Below are positions 54,750 to 64,000 of a DNA stretch of 64,000 bases, piece after piece. Under the pieces are notes generated by a model. That model did no database searches and was not told the DNA's origin. It worked only from the letters and a program-made list of their open reading frames with translations. The position numbers and the translations under genes were made by a program. This stretch comes from an uncultured Candidatus Berkelbacteria bacterium (GTDB lineage Bacteria > Patescibacteriota > UBA1384 > CAILIB01), in assembly GCA_903834195.1 (NCBI GenBank), contig CAILIB010000040.1, forward strand, positions 7,297-71,296. The letters run 5' to 3'. How positions within the stretch are numbered: the first letter of the stretch is position 1; every line of letters begins with the position of its first letter.

Positions 54750-54957
54750 TTAGAGTATTGAGAATTGTTCGCGAGAGTTCTGCTTGATCAAGCATCGCCT
54801 CATCAAGTGGTTGCACTACTATCATACATCGATCGTCAACTGAGAGCGAGGAATTTGTATCACTAATTGGAATCGTTAATTCCTGCTGATCATCTGTGAT
54901 GAGCGTAGCGGTTTTTCCTTGAACATCCTTCACCACAGCCTGTAGACGTATTATCAT
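54721..54957 (-). CDS. Small hypothetical protein (DUF3006-like)
   Basis: 78 aa, tightly coupled within the operon. Confidence 0.6.
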   Translation of the reverse strand: MIIRLQAVVKDVQGKTATLITDDQQELTIPISDTNSSLSVDDRCMIVVQPLDEAMLDQAELSRTILNTLIAHEQDQEN

Positions 54958-54963
54958 ACAAAT

Positions 54964-55665
54964 TTACTGAGTAATAAAGCCGTTATATTTTCCTGTTGAA
55001 CCAGTGTGTACATATGTAGTGACTAGCCATCCACCAGAATTCTGATCCGCTGGTGCAAGCGTAATAATTGTGGTTCGAGCTGGCGTACGAGACCCGTCAC
55101 CGCCAATACGCTGTTCACTCACGGTAACCACCCAATTTGAACCCGACTGAGCAGCTGCTATTACAGAATATCCTGTTACTTTCTCCATAAAGTTACTGCT
55201 TATGAAAAGAGTTGGACCATTTGGCCCTACGAAAAGCGACTGCCGAAGATCTTGAATGTTTGGATCAGTATCAGGTGCAAACGTCGCTTCTAATCTAGCG
55301 CGATCTTGCGCTTCATATCCAGCATAAAAGTTTGCAATAAACGCCTTAATACTCGGAACTAACGCAATGGAAGTAGGTGTAGGACTTACTGAAGGAGGCG
55401 CGGTAGGACTGGCCGAAGCTGTCGGAGTAACCGTCGGAGTTGGCGATGTACTTGGTGCTGGAGAAAACGTGGGTGTAGGACCTGCTACAGTTGCCGTCGG
55501 AGTTGGCGATGTAACAAGACTGGACGAAGTGGCTGGTTTTCGTACTACATACGCGTAATACGCAGCAAGAAGTAATACGACAAATAATACACCTCCTATC
55601 CATAGCGCTTGAATACGCGCTTTATGAACTCGCTCGGGACTGAGGTGTTCAGGATGTTGGTTCAT
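54964..55665 (-). CDS. Single-TM protein with Pro/Thr stalk and NTF2-like C-terminal domain
   Basis: TM, PT repeats, FIANFYAGYEAQD..GGWLV. Confidence 0.6.
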   Translation of the reverse strand: MNQHPEHLSPERVHKARIQALWIGGVLFVVLLLAAYYAYVVRKPATSSSLVTSPTPTATVAGPTPTFSPAPSTSPTPTVTPTASASPTAPPSVSPTPTSIALVPSIKAFIANFYAGYEAQDRARLEATFAPDTDPNIQDLRQSLFVGPNGPTLFISSNFMEKVTGYSVIAAAQSGSNWVVTVSEQRIGGDGSRTPARTTIITLAPADQNSGGWLVTTYVHTGSTGKYNGFITQ

Positions 55666-56383
55666 GGCGGTACTGTTTCGTTTTTACCTTATGACGAATA
55701 ACTTTCAAATCGTGTAATAACTGTGCCACTGCCTGACGCGCTCTAAATCTTGATGCAGTTGCATCGTACCAATCTACTGGCACTTCAATTATTTTGTAGC
55801 CCAACTCGTTAGCAATAGTGAGAATTTCTGCATCAAATGCCCAACGCTGCAAACTCTGAAGTGGAAATATATCTTCAGCTGCTTTTGCGCTAAACGCCTT
55901 AAATCCGCATTGTGTATCAACAATACCAGGCAGAATTGAACGTTGCACAAGCCAGTTAAAGCCTCGTGACCCTATCCGTCGTTTCAATGGTTGACGCACC
56001 TTTATACTGTCTGGATGTAGATACCGCGAACCAATTATTACCTCAGCATTACCTAGTTCGGGAATAAACTTGTCAAATTCACTAATGGGCGTAGCGTGAT
56101 CTGCATCCATGAACAAACGCCATTCACCTTTTGCCATCAGCATTCCTTGTCGAACAACTCCACCTTTTCCCTTGTTCTGGGCGTTTTTTACAACCTTTAA
56201 AGCAGGAAAATCTGCTGAGATTTTTTCAGCCAACTTAACAGTAGTATCAGTACTTCCATCATCAATAAGAAGTACTTCATACGTAAAATTCTGACGCTCA
56301 AGATACTCGCGCACCATGCGCAATGTCTCCGGAAGGCGCTCAGACTCGTTATAGGCGGGAATAATAACTGAGAGGAATGGCAT
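55649..56383 (-). CDS. GT2 polyprenol-phosphate glycosyltransferase (dolichyl-P beta-glucosyltransferase-like)
   Basis: IPAYNE, DDGSTD, NKGKGG, FMDAD, DTQCGFK, FDAEIL. Confidence 0.93.
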   Translation of the reverse strand: MPFLSVIIPAYNESERLPETLRMVREYLERQNFTYEVLLIDDGSTDTTVKLAEKISADFPALKVVKNAQNKGKGGVVRQGMLMAKGEWRLFMDADHATPISEFDKFIPELGNAEVIIGSRYLHPDSIKVRQPLKRRIGSRGFNWLVQRSILPGIVDTQCGFKAFSAKAAEDIFPLQSLQRWAFDAEILTIANELGYKIIEVPVDWYDATASRFRARQAVAQLLHDLKVIRHKVKTKQYRHEPTS

Positions 56384-56394
56384 ATACAGGCATT

Positions 56395-57891
56395 CTACCA
56401 GATATTTTTAGAAGTCATACGTCGAGGTAAGCGGTCACGTAGTACAGGTGGCAACCAATCAAGAAGGTAGGCAGGTAAAATGTACAGTCCAGAGAAGAGT
56501 ATAAACGCCACCCCCATGAACACCACTTCCACTGGTCGATTAAACTTCATGTACCTTGGCAGTAAATCCGACACGACGGTAAATACTCCAAAACAGAGCC
56601 CACCCGTAAGGATTGTTCCTCCTAATACAGCCTTAACAACCTGTAAGCTTGGAATATACTTGAAAACTTTGATAAATAACCGAGCCACCAACACAAGCAC
56701 GAGAGCCTCTGAAATAAAGGTTACGTACGCAGCCCCAATATATGACCAGTGCGGAATAGCAATGAAATTCAATATAATATTAAGGAGCGCTGCCCACCCT
56801 TCAAGTGCACCGACCTTACCCTGCTTACCTGCAGCAACAAGCACATACTCAAGTAAGTAAATCACAAACCACGGAATCATCGTTAAGCACAGAATCTGCA
56901 ATGCGTAGGCTGATTGATCAATATTGTAGCGCGTCAGTACTGCAATAATGTACGGAGCGAAAAGCACGGTAAACAGAATAAGCGGAACTACACTTAATAG
57001 GATCAAATCAAAGGCTTTTTGGAAAAGTACACGGAACCGCTGAGGGTCATGTAGTGCAGTTTGAGTAAAGGCCGGGAATAAACTCCCCACGAACATTCCC
57101 GGCAACATAATATAAATCTCAGCAATTTTATAGGCATTACCGTATATACCAACATCCACTTTCGGCTGCAGAATCGTGAGAATAACACTATCAGCTTTGA
57201 AGTGAATCAGTCCAAAAACCACAAAGGCCGACATAGGCGCGAGCTCTCGCAATAACCCAGGCCATTCCTTTGGCCGAAGTACAAACCGAACTCTCACAAG
57301 CGAACGACTTGCAAGGTAGGTTATCGCCATATTCAACAAACTTCCCCCAACAGTTACTACGGTTACTCCAAGTAGGTGCTGATTTGCAGGCAACTCCTTA
57401 AAAACCAAGACTGTCCCAATAAGAACGAGGACCCGACCACACAAATCACTGAGCGATGCCCATCCCATTAACAGTCGTGCCTGAACAATACTCACGAATA
57501 ACTGGTTGAGAACCAGGAAAAACTGCCCTAAGGCAAGTATTGCAATAAACCCAGCAAACTCGTGATACCCCGGCAACGCCAGTGCAATGAGCGGTGCACT
57601 TCCCAACATAATCACCGCAGTTACTACCCTGAAGCCTAAGAAGCGTGCCGAAATATCATCAGCTTCTTCAGGTTTCGCAGACAACTCCCGTAAATATAAT
57701 GTATTGACCCCAAGGTCAGCAAACGTCGCAAAAAAAGCTATATACGCAGTTAAGCCAACGTACGCTCCCCATTTCTCAGGAAGTAACCCACTATTTAATA
57801 TCGCCACAGTTACAAGAGAAGTTCCTGTAGTTAGAAGGCGTCCAATCAACTGAATGACTGTATTATATGCGACTCGTCGTGCGTAACTCAT
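56395..57891 (-). CDS. Wzx-type polysaccharide flippase
   Basis: RVAYNT, FADLGV, VGIYGNAYK, NFIAIPHWSYIGAA; about 14 TMs. Confidence 0.9.
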   Translation of the reverse strand: MSYARRVAYNTVIQLIGRLLTTGTSLVTVAILNSGLLPEKWGAYVGLTAYIAFFATFADLGVNTLYLRELSAKPEEADDISARFLGFRVVTAVIMLGSAPLIALALPGYHEFAGFIAILALGQFFLVLNQLFVSIVQARLLMGWASLSDLCGRVLVLIGTVLVFKELPANQHLLGVTVVTVGGSLLNMAITYLASRSLVRVRFVLRPKEWPGLLRELAPMSAFVVFGLIHFKADSVILTILQPKVDVGIYGNAYKIAEIYIMLPGMFVGSLFPAFTQTALHDPQRFRVLFQKAFDLILLSVVPLILFTVLFAPYIIAVLTRYNIDQSAYALQILCLTMIPWFVIYLLEYVLVAAGKQGKVGALEGWAALLNIILNFIAIPHWSYIGAAYVTFISEALVLVLVARLFIKVFKYIPSLQVVKAVLGGTILTGGLCFGVFTVVSDLLPRYMKFNRPVEVVFMGVAFILFSGLYILPAYLLDWLPPVLRDRLPRRMTSKNIW

Positions 57892-57938
57892 ATTGAACGT
57901 TGTGCAACTTTTGGAGTAAGTCTACTACCGATGTACCA

Positions 57939-59453
57939 CTACGGATGAATGGCAGGAGTAATATCATGATCCCATACATACACTGTATACCCTCCAGCTG
58001 TAAATGAATTTACAGGATTACCAGCTACAGGAAGCACACTATTAAAGAGAGATTCTGGATCATTAGACCACACAACCAGGAAATTTGCTGGCACTTTATA
58101 CCAGTCCTCTGACGAAAGCCAATTGTATGCAGTCGGTACACCATTATTCACATTGAGCGGTGAAACCCAAGATTTTCCATCTGAGTACAACGTTGCAGAA
58201 GTCCCAGAGTAATACGTACCATACCCTCTACTTAACCCATGCTCTGCTAGTACAGGACCTAACTGTGCAGGCGCATTTAACTCTGGCTTAGTGATTAACA
58301 ATTCGCGAGATGTGATCAGTACGCAAAGAGCAGATGCAAGTATTACTCCACTTTTTACCCATGTCTCCATTTTGAATCCTGCAATCGAGCGACCAACTAA
58401 AGGAGCTGCACACACAAAAACAGGTAATAAGTACCGTACAGAATCAACTCCTTGTGCAGAACCACTCACCATAACCATTAGAAATGCCAGTGAAGACGTA
58501 ATAACTGACATAAACAGAATATTACTCAAAAAATCAGATGTTCCCTGCGAACGCGTACGTATCACGGCGCGAAACACGAATACTACAGCACCTATTTTTA
58601 TAAGGCTTATTACTAACGGAATAATCGATACAGTTAAAAACTGTCCAAAAATATTTGCGCCGTAGGACTGAAAAGTCAGCTGTACAAATGTTTGAATATT
58701 TTGTAGAAAAATTGGAATTGTCGCAATCTGAAGCTGCTGTGTGATAATTGTTGGGCCGATTTTCCCAAAAATCCCATTTGCACCCAATCCAATTAATACT
58801 GCGAGTAACTGAGTAAAGCCAATCCAATACTCTCTCCGATGCGCATGTCGCTGCACAATACTCGTAATCACGACAATACTTATTGGGAGTGTGACTACAG
58901 CTAGGTATAAGGGATCTCCAAACGCACCAAGAACACTCGGAATTCCACTAAGCACCAGGTACCAAATATTCCCATTCGTACAATATTTGTATGTCCCATA
59001 AATACTTACGAGCGCAAACAGAGCAGTAAACCCGTGTGCAGGAATTGTAAGTAGATGACTCAGAAAAAAGAAAGAGGAAAATAGCATGGCAACCGTTATA
59101 CTTGCAGCGGTGTAATATTTTTCTTTCGAAATTCCTGATAGTGACACCCCAATAGCTACTACAAAAATCAACGCACCAAGTAGCCCTGAAATAATTTCAG
59201 GTACAACTGGCGTAACTCCAAATAGTGCAATACATGGAATGAAAAAAAGGATATCTGTGGTTAAAAAGTGATCACGCGGGATATACCACCCTTTCAACAA
59301 AACGTTTCCATGCAAAATATCTTTTGCCATTAAAATCCCAGCTGAGCTATCAGAACTGTACTGAACAAAATGTTGTGCAATAAAAAAGAAGACTACTGCA
59401 CTAATTAAAAAAACCACTCCTAGAGCAGTAAATATTTTATACTTTTGTTTCAC
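57939..59453 (-). CDS. Putative GT-C-fold membrane glycosyltransferase
   Basis: [19 protein letters not shown] after TM1, about 11 TMs, RYLLP, C-terminal soluble domain. Confidence 0.6.
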   Translation of the reverse strand: MKQKYKIFTALGVVFLISAVVFFFIAQHFVQYSSDSSAGILMAKDILHGNVLLKGWYIPRDHFLTTDILFFIPCIALFGVTPVVPEIISGLLGALIFVVAIGVSLSGISKEKYYTAASITVAMLFSSFFFLSHLLTIPAHGFTALFALVSIYGTYKYCTNGNIWYLVLSGIPSVLGAFGDPLYLAVVTLPISIVVITSIVQRHAHRREYWIGFTQLLAVLIGLGANGIFGKIGPTIITQQLQIATIPIFLQNIQTFVQLTFQSYGANIFGQFLTVSIIPLVISLIKIGAVVFVFRAVIRTRSQGTSDFLSNILFMSVITSSLAFLMVMVSGSAQGVDSVRYLLPVFVCAAPLVGRSIAGFKMETWVKSGVILASALCVLITSRELLITKPELNAPAQLGPVLAEHGLSRGYGTYYSGTSATLYSDGKSWVSPLNVNNGVPTAYNWLSSEDWYKVPANFLVVWSNDPESLFNSVLPVAGNPVNSFTAGGYTVYVWDHDITPAIHP

Positions 59454-59519
59454 ATTTAATATATAGAAGTAATATAGTCCTATAGTATCTTTTGATTAGA
59501 ACGATTACTATAGGAAATA

Positions 59520-60395
59520 ATGAACACTATCTCACCTTACATTCGCGTTATTCGTCCAAAGCACTGGATCAAAAATATCCTTGTTCTTGTGCCACTCTTT
59601 TTTGCCTGGAAAGTAACTGTAGACACAACAGTTATAGCCATCGCATCACTTGTAGCTTTTTCGGCAACTGCAAGCATTGTCTACATTCTTAACGACCTTG
59701 CAGATACCGAAGCAGATCGACTTCACCCTGAGAAAAAGTTTCGTCCCTTTGCTGCCGGCACACTCAGTCACCGTCAGGGCAAAGTACTCGCCGCACTTCT
59801 TGTACTCATTGCTATTATTGCAAGTTGGACACTTAGTTCTGGATTCCAACTTACTTTATTCGGCTACTTCATTTTAAATCTCCTCTACAGCTTCTATCTA
59901 AAACGTCGATTGATTATCGATGTTATGATTCTGGCCGCAGGTTTTGTACTACGCGTAGTTGCTGGAGGTTTTGCGTTTCATGTCACACTTTCTCCATGGA
60001 TTTTGCTTTGTACTTTCTTTGCTTCTCTTTTCATTGGCTTCGGTAAACGCAAAAATGAGACAGACATTCTGCAAGAAGGTTCACATAAACACCGTGCAGT
60101 TCTTGAACATTATACTCGCGACTTTTTGAACCAACTTCTCGGTCTTACTGCTGCCATGACCATTATGAGTTACTCGCTGTACACCATTGATGCAAAAACA
60201 GTTGACCACTTTGGAACCGATAACCTCATCTACACTGTGCCATTTGTTGTTTACGGTGTATTCAGATATTTCCACTTAATGTACAACCTCTCATCCGGTG
60301 GAGATCCAACTAAGATCTTCCTTAAAGATAAGATGACAATTATCAACATTTTCTGCTGGGCACTCTCGTTTGTATTGATAACCAACTACTTCTAG
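59520..60395 (+). CDS. UbiA-family decaprenyl-phosphate phosphoribosyltransferase-like
   Basis: RPKHWIKN, YILNDLADTEADRLHPEKKFRP, GFVLRVVAG, GKRKNE, GDPT. Confidence 0.9.
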   Translation: MNTISPYIRVIRPKHWIKNILVLVPLFFAWKVTVDTTVIAIASLVAFSATASIVYILNDLADTEADRLHPEKKFRPFAAGTLSHRQGKVLAALLVLIAIIASWTLSSGFQLTLFGYFILNLLYSFYLKRRLIIDVMILAAGFVLRVVAGGFAFHVTLSPWILLCTFFASLFIGFGKRKNETDILQEGSHKHRAVLEHYTRDFLNQLLGLTAAMTIMSYSLYTIDAKTVDHFGTDNLIYTVPFVVYGVFRYFHLMYNLSSGGDPTKIFLKDKMTIINIFCWALSFVLITNYF

Positions 60396-60398
60396 GCC

Positions 60399-61352
60399 AT
60401 GCATAAACTGCGACGAGCTGTCTTTGTTACCATTATTCTCGCAGCCTGTATTTACGTAGCACTCGCTATTTGGAGCAATGCAGGCACACTTAAAGAAGCA
60501 TTCGCTCATTTCCAGTGGTGGTACTTCCCCGTCATACTTTCTCTTACTCTTCTCAATTACGTCCTCCGGTTTTGTAATTGGCAGTTTTACCTTGCCTCGC
60601 TCGGAATCCGAAATATTCCCCGCAAAGATTCACTTCTGATTTATCTTGCAGGTTTTGCAATGTCGATTACCCCAGGAAAAATTGGCGAAGTAATCCGAGC
60701 ATTTCTCCTCAAACAGGCTCATAAAATTCCGGTAGGAAAAACTGGCTCTCTCGTATTTGTTGACCGTCTTACAGATGTAATCGCCCTGTTATGTATTGCA
60801 GCATTAGGTGCTCTTCAATTTCGCTATGGCGGACGAATTCTCATTACCTTCGCGATTATAATTTCAGCCGTACTTATTGTTGTAAGCAACCGTAAACTCT
60901 GCGAAACAATCTTGGAAAAACTAACCCGCATTCCTGGCCTCAAGGGCAAAGGTGCAAAGTTACTCGAACTCTACGAGAGTTCACAAATGCTGCTCACTCC
61001 TAAAAAAATTGTTCCGATTATTATCCTTTCAATCCTCTCCTGGAGCTGCGAGGCAACTGGTTTCTTCCTGACATTTAAGGGTCTCGGAATTGGAGCAGGC
61101 TTATTTGCAGCCTACTTTATTTATGCCTTTTCAACGCTCGTTGGAGCTGCTTCTATTCTTCCGGGAGGCATCGGGTTAACCGAAGGTATCATGGCTGGCC
61201 TACTTGTCCTTATTTCTGTATCCAAGGCAGATGCCACAGCAGCAACGCTCATAATTCGCACAGCAACTTTGTGGTTTGGAATTGTAGTAGGAGCAATCTG
61301 CTTAGCAATTTTTGAGCGCAAGTTTGGCGTAGTAAGCGAAACAGAAAAGTAG
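60399..61352 (+). CDS. LPG_synthase_TM/AglD2-like putative flippase
   Basis: ITPGKIGEVIR, DRLTD, LPGGIGLTE, IRTATLW. Confidence 0.85.
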   Translation: MHKLRRAVFVTIILAACIYVALAIWSNAGTLKEAFAHFQWWYFPVILSLTLLNYVLRFCNWQFYLASLGIRNIPRKDSLLIYLAGFAMSITPGKIGEVIRAFLLKQAHKIPVGKTGSLVFVDRLTDVIALLCIAALGALQFRYGGRILITFAIIISAVLIVVSNRKLCETILEKLTRIPGLKGKGAKLLELYESSQMLLTPKKIVPIIILSILSWSCEATGFFLTFKGLGIGAGLFAAYFIYAFSTLVGAASILPGGIGLTEGIMAGLLVLISVSKADATAATLIIRTATLWFGIVVGAICLAIFERKFGVVSETEK

Positions 61353-61423
61353 TACCTTCGTCTGGCAGTGGCGAAAAGAGACTGCTATCATACATTCATA
61401 CAATAAACGTATAAGATTCTGAT

Positions 61424-62503
61424 ATGGCCGCACCAGCAAAATCTCCTGTAAAATCAACAAAAACCGTTCTCATTACCGGTGGCGCCGGATTTCTCGGTAT
61501 TAACTTAGTCCGCCATCTCCTCAGTAAAGGCTGTAACGTAATCCCGTACGACCTTGCTGATTTTGACTATCCAGAAAAGGACATGAAGGATCGAGTATTT
61601 CCTGTTAAAGGAGATGTTCGCGATTTTGACGCACTTAAGAAGGCAATGTCGAAGGCCGATTATCTTGTACACACAGCCGCAGCTCTCCCTCTGTACACTC
61701 CTGAAGATATTCACTCAACTGAAGTAATCGGCACTCGTAACGCAATGCGCGCCGCTTACGAATTAAAGATTGAACGCGTTGTTCATATTTCATCCAGCGC
61801 TGTATATGGAATTCCTGATCATCACCCACTTATTGAAGAAGATAAGCTCGACGGTGTTGGTCCATACGGTGTTGCCAAAATTATGGCTGAGTTTGAGTGT
61901 CTCAAATACCGTGGCAAAGGCTTGACCGTTTCAATTCTGCGCCCTAAGTCGTTCGTCGGGCCAGAACGCCTTGGCGTATTTGCAATGCTCTACGATTGGG
62001 CAAAAGACAAACACGGTTTTCCAATGATTGGCTCTGGTGACAACCGCTATCAACTCCTCGATGTTGAAGATCTCTGCGAAGCAATTTGGCTTGCACTTAC
62101 AATTAATAAGGAAGATGCCAACGACGTGTTCAACATTGGCGCCAAAGAATTCGGCACAATGCGTACCGACTATCAAGCAGTTCTTGACGCTGCAGGATTT
62201 GGTAAAAAAATTAAACCAATGCCTGAGAAGCTCGTAATCGGCACACTTGTATTTCTTGAAAAGCTCAAGCTTTCACCTCTATATAAGTGGGTGTATGAAA
62301 CTGCTTCAAAAGATTCATTCCTTTCAATTGAAAAGGCTGAGAAAGTACTCGGATTTAAACCAAAGTATTCCAACGCTGAAGCATTAGTACGCAACTACAA
62401 ATGGTACATTGCAAACCTTGATGCATTTGAGAACAAATCAGGTATTACCCACCGCGTGCCATGGAAGCAAGGCGCACTTAGTATGGCAAAGCGATTCTTT
62501 TAA
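61424..62503 (+). CDS. NAD-dependent epimerase/dehydratase (extended SDR)
   Basis: ITGGAGFLG, ISSSAVYG, YGVAK. Confidence 0.92.
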   Translation: MAAPAKSPVKSTKTVLITGGAGFLGINLVRHLLSKGCNVIPYDLADFDYPEKDMKDRVFPVKGDVRDFDALKKAMSKADYLVHTAAALPLYTPEDIHSTEVIGTRNAMRAAYELKIERVVHISSSAVYGIPDHHPLIEEDKLDGVGPYGVAKIMAEFECLKYRGKGLTVSILRPKSFVGPERLGVFAMLYDWAKDKHGFPMIGSGDNRYQLLDVEDLCEAIWLALTINKEDANDVFNIGAKEFGTMRTDYQAVLDAAGFGKKIKPMPEKLVIGTLVFLEKLKLSPLYKWVYETASKDSFLSIEKAEKVLGFKPKYSNAEALVRNYKWYIANLDAFENKSGITHRVPWKQGALSMAKRFF

Positions 62504-62506
62504 CCT

Positions 62507-63163
62507 ATGTGGCGCGTTGAACTTCATTGTCATAGCGAGCATTCCCGCGATAGCGATACAGCTTTGCTTAAGTTGATTGAAATCTGTGAAGCTCGCAAAA
62601 TCGATGCGATTGCTCTTACTGATCACAACGAAATTACTGGAGCAGTCCGTTTAAAGCAACTCGCTGATAAGCGTATAAAAGTAATTATCGGCGAAGAAAT
62701 TGCCTCAAAAGAAGGTGACGTCATCGGACTATTTCTCAAAGAGAAGATCGAAGCCCGCCTACCTATTGAAGAAACGATCCGACAAATTAAGGCACAGGGT
62801 GGAGTCGTACTGCTACCTCACCCATTCGACCGCATCCGCCACGAAGCTGTGGGGAAAACAGTTACTGATCGGGTTAAAGGTGACATCGATTTTATTGAGA
62901 TCTTTAACTCACGCTGCCTTTTTCCTGGTGACAACCGTAAAGCCAAGCGCTACGCCAAAGAAAACTCTCTTTCACCGTTTGTGGGGTCAGATGCGCACAC
63001 AAAAAGCGAGTATGGTCGCTCGGTGAATATCATGGAACCTTTTCGAACTCCTGAAGAATTTGTTCAGTCCTTGAAAAAGGCTACATTTAAAACAAAAGCC
63101 TCAGGGCCATTTGTTCATGTTCGTACTAAAGTTGTAAAAATTCGTAAAAAGAACAAGAAATGA
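62507..63163 (+). CDS. PHP-domain phosphoesterase
   Basis: LHCHSEHS, LTDHN, GEEI, PHPF, GSDAH. Confidence 0.92.
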   Translation: MWRVELHCHSEHSRDSDTALLKLIEICEARKIDAIALTDHNEITGAVRLKQLADKRIKVIIGEEIASKEGDVIGLFLKEKIEARLPIEETIRQIKAQGGVVLLPHPFDRIRHEAVGKTVTDRVKGDIDFIEIFNSRCLFPGDNRKAKRYAKENSLSPFVGSDAHTKSEYGRSVNIMEPFRTPEEFVQSLKKATFKTKASGPFVHVRTKVVKIRKKNKK

Positions 63164-64000
63164 AGATTAACTTGAAGCGTCTCGTTTTCTACTGCGTTTT
63201 AGCATTTGCTTCACTCTTAACGTTTATTCAGTACGCAGATTTCAATCCTGCCCCTGACTCTCGTTCATTTGGTGATGCAGTGAGCTATATTCAGATGTCT
63301 AAGACTTACCTATCTGCAGTACCAAATCCATTTGCACTTCGAATCTTTACTCCTTCGGTTGTTCACTTTTTCACAGCAACATTTCACACACCATTTAACG
63401 TCACTTGGGCTGCAATCACCGTACTCGCAACGTTTGCTGCACTGATAGTTTTTTTCAAACTCCTAGCTGACGTCTTTAAAATTCCAACGTTCTTCGCAGC
63501 TATTTTCACCTTATTCTTGGCCTACACTCAATTTTTTACCACCTTCAATTATTTTGACATGTGGTTAGTAGATCCAGTGAATAACCTTGTGTATGTACTG
63601 GCAATTTACTATCTCTTTAAGCGGCAACTCTGGCCATTTATGGCAACTGTTGCAATTGGATCACTAAATAAAGAGGTTGCGATTTTTCTCCTCCCACTCT
63701 ATGCAATCGTAAGTTATATCGACGTTCCAAAGTTTAGAAACAATAAAAAGCTTTGGACAGTTCTCGGAGCAACAGCCTTAGTTGCAGTATTCTACCTTAG
63801 CTATCGTACGATCATGATTCACACTCTCCAGGCACATAACCCTGGTGTCGATTACTCACTTGGTGCTGGTCCTTCGAGTCACACTGTAAAGGGTAACATT
63901 GTATTCTCGCTCAGTATGAACAAAGATCAATACGTCATTTTCCACGTCTTTGATTTTCTCTGGATCACGTTTGGGTACGGCCTCTACTTACTGTATAAAA
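63160..64000 (+). CDS. Polytopic membrane protein, possible GT-C glycosyltransferase (partial, runs off window end)
   Basis: Absent from ORF track; ATGA overlap with PHP gene; MKINLKRLVF...GDAVSYIQMS...PFALRIFTP...LVDP...NKE. Confidence 0.65.
   Translation, partial: MKINLKRLVFYCVLAFASLLTFIQYADFNPAPDSRSFGDAVSYIQMSKTYLSAVPNPFALRIFTPSVVHFFTATFHTPFNVTWAAITVLATFAALIVFFKLLADVFKIPTFFAAIFTLFLAYTQFFTTFNYFDMWLVDPVNNLVYVLAIYYLFKRQLWPFMATVAIGSLNKEVAIFLLPLYAIVSYIDVPKFRNNKKLWTVLGATALVAVFYLSYRTIMIHTLQAHNPGVDYSLGAGPSSHTVKGNIVFSLSMNKDQYVIFHVFDFLWITFGYGLYLLYK

Overview
Bacterial chromosomal window of about 44% GC (estimated by eye), read with genetic code 11 (TGA is used as stop). Gene content suggests Patescibacteria/CPR, which is an inference: split ComEC, a lone purF, many Pro/Thr-stalk surface proteins, few Shine-Dalgarno sites. 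Housekeeping genes include ftsH, murJ, lepA, grpE-dnaK-dnaJ, ruvC, yebC, three tRNAs and a lipid-linked glycosylation cluster. The standout is an atypical F-type ATPase locus (10272-19525). No subunit a gene is visible in the window. The c-subunit position is taken by a ~770-aa secreted Ig-like-domain protein whose last ~67 aa are a c-subunit hairpin (GRNP loop) lacking the ion-binding Asp/Glu. Subunits b, delta, alpha, gamma, beta and a truncated epsilon follow, with catalytic motifs intact. The locus runs straight into a surface-fibre-like cluster (two WxL/pilin-like paralogues, a DUF916-like protein, a dockerin and 2-3 cohesins; 19765-30015). I propose this is a repurposed, ion-uncoupled rotary ATPase carrying an extracellular Ig crown. 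All family assignments come from motif recognition by eye; no searches were run.
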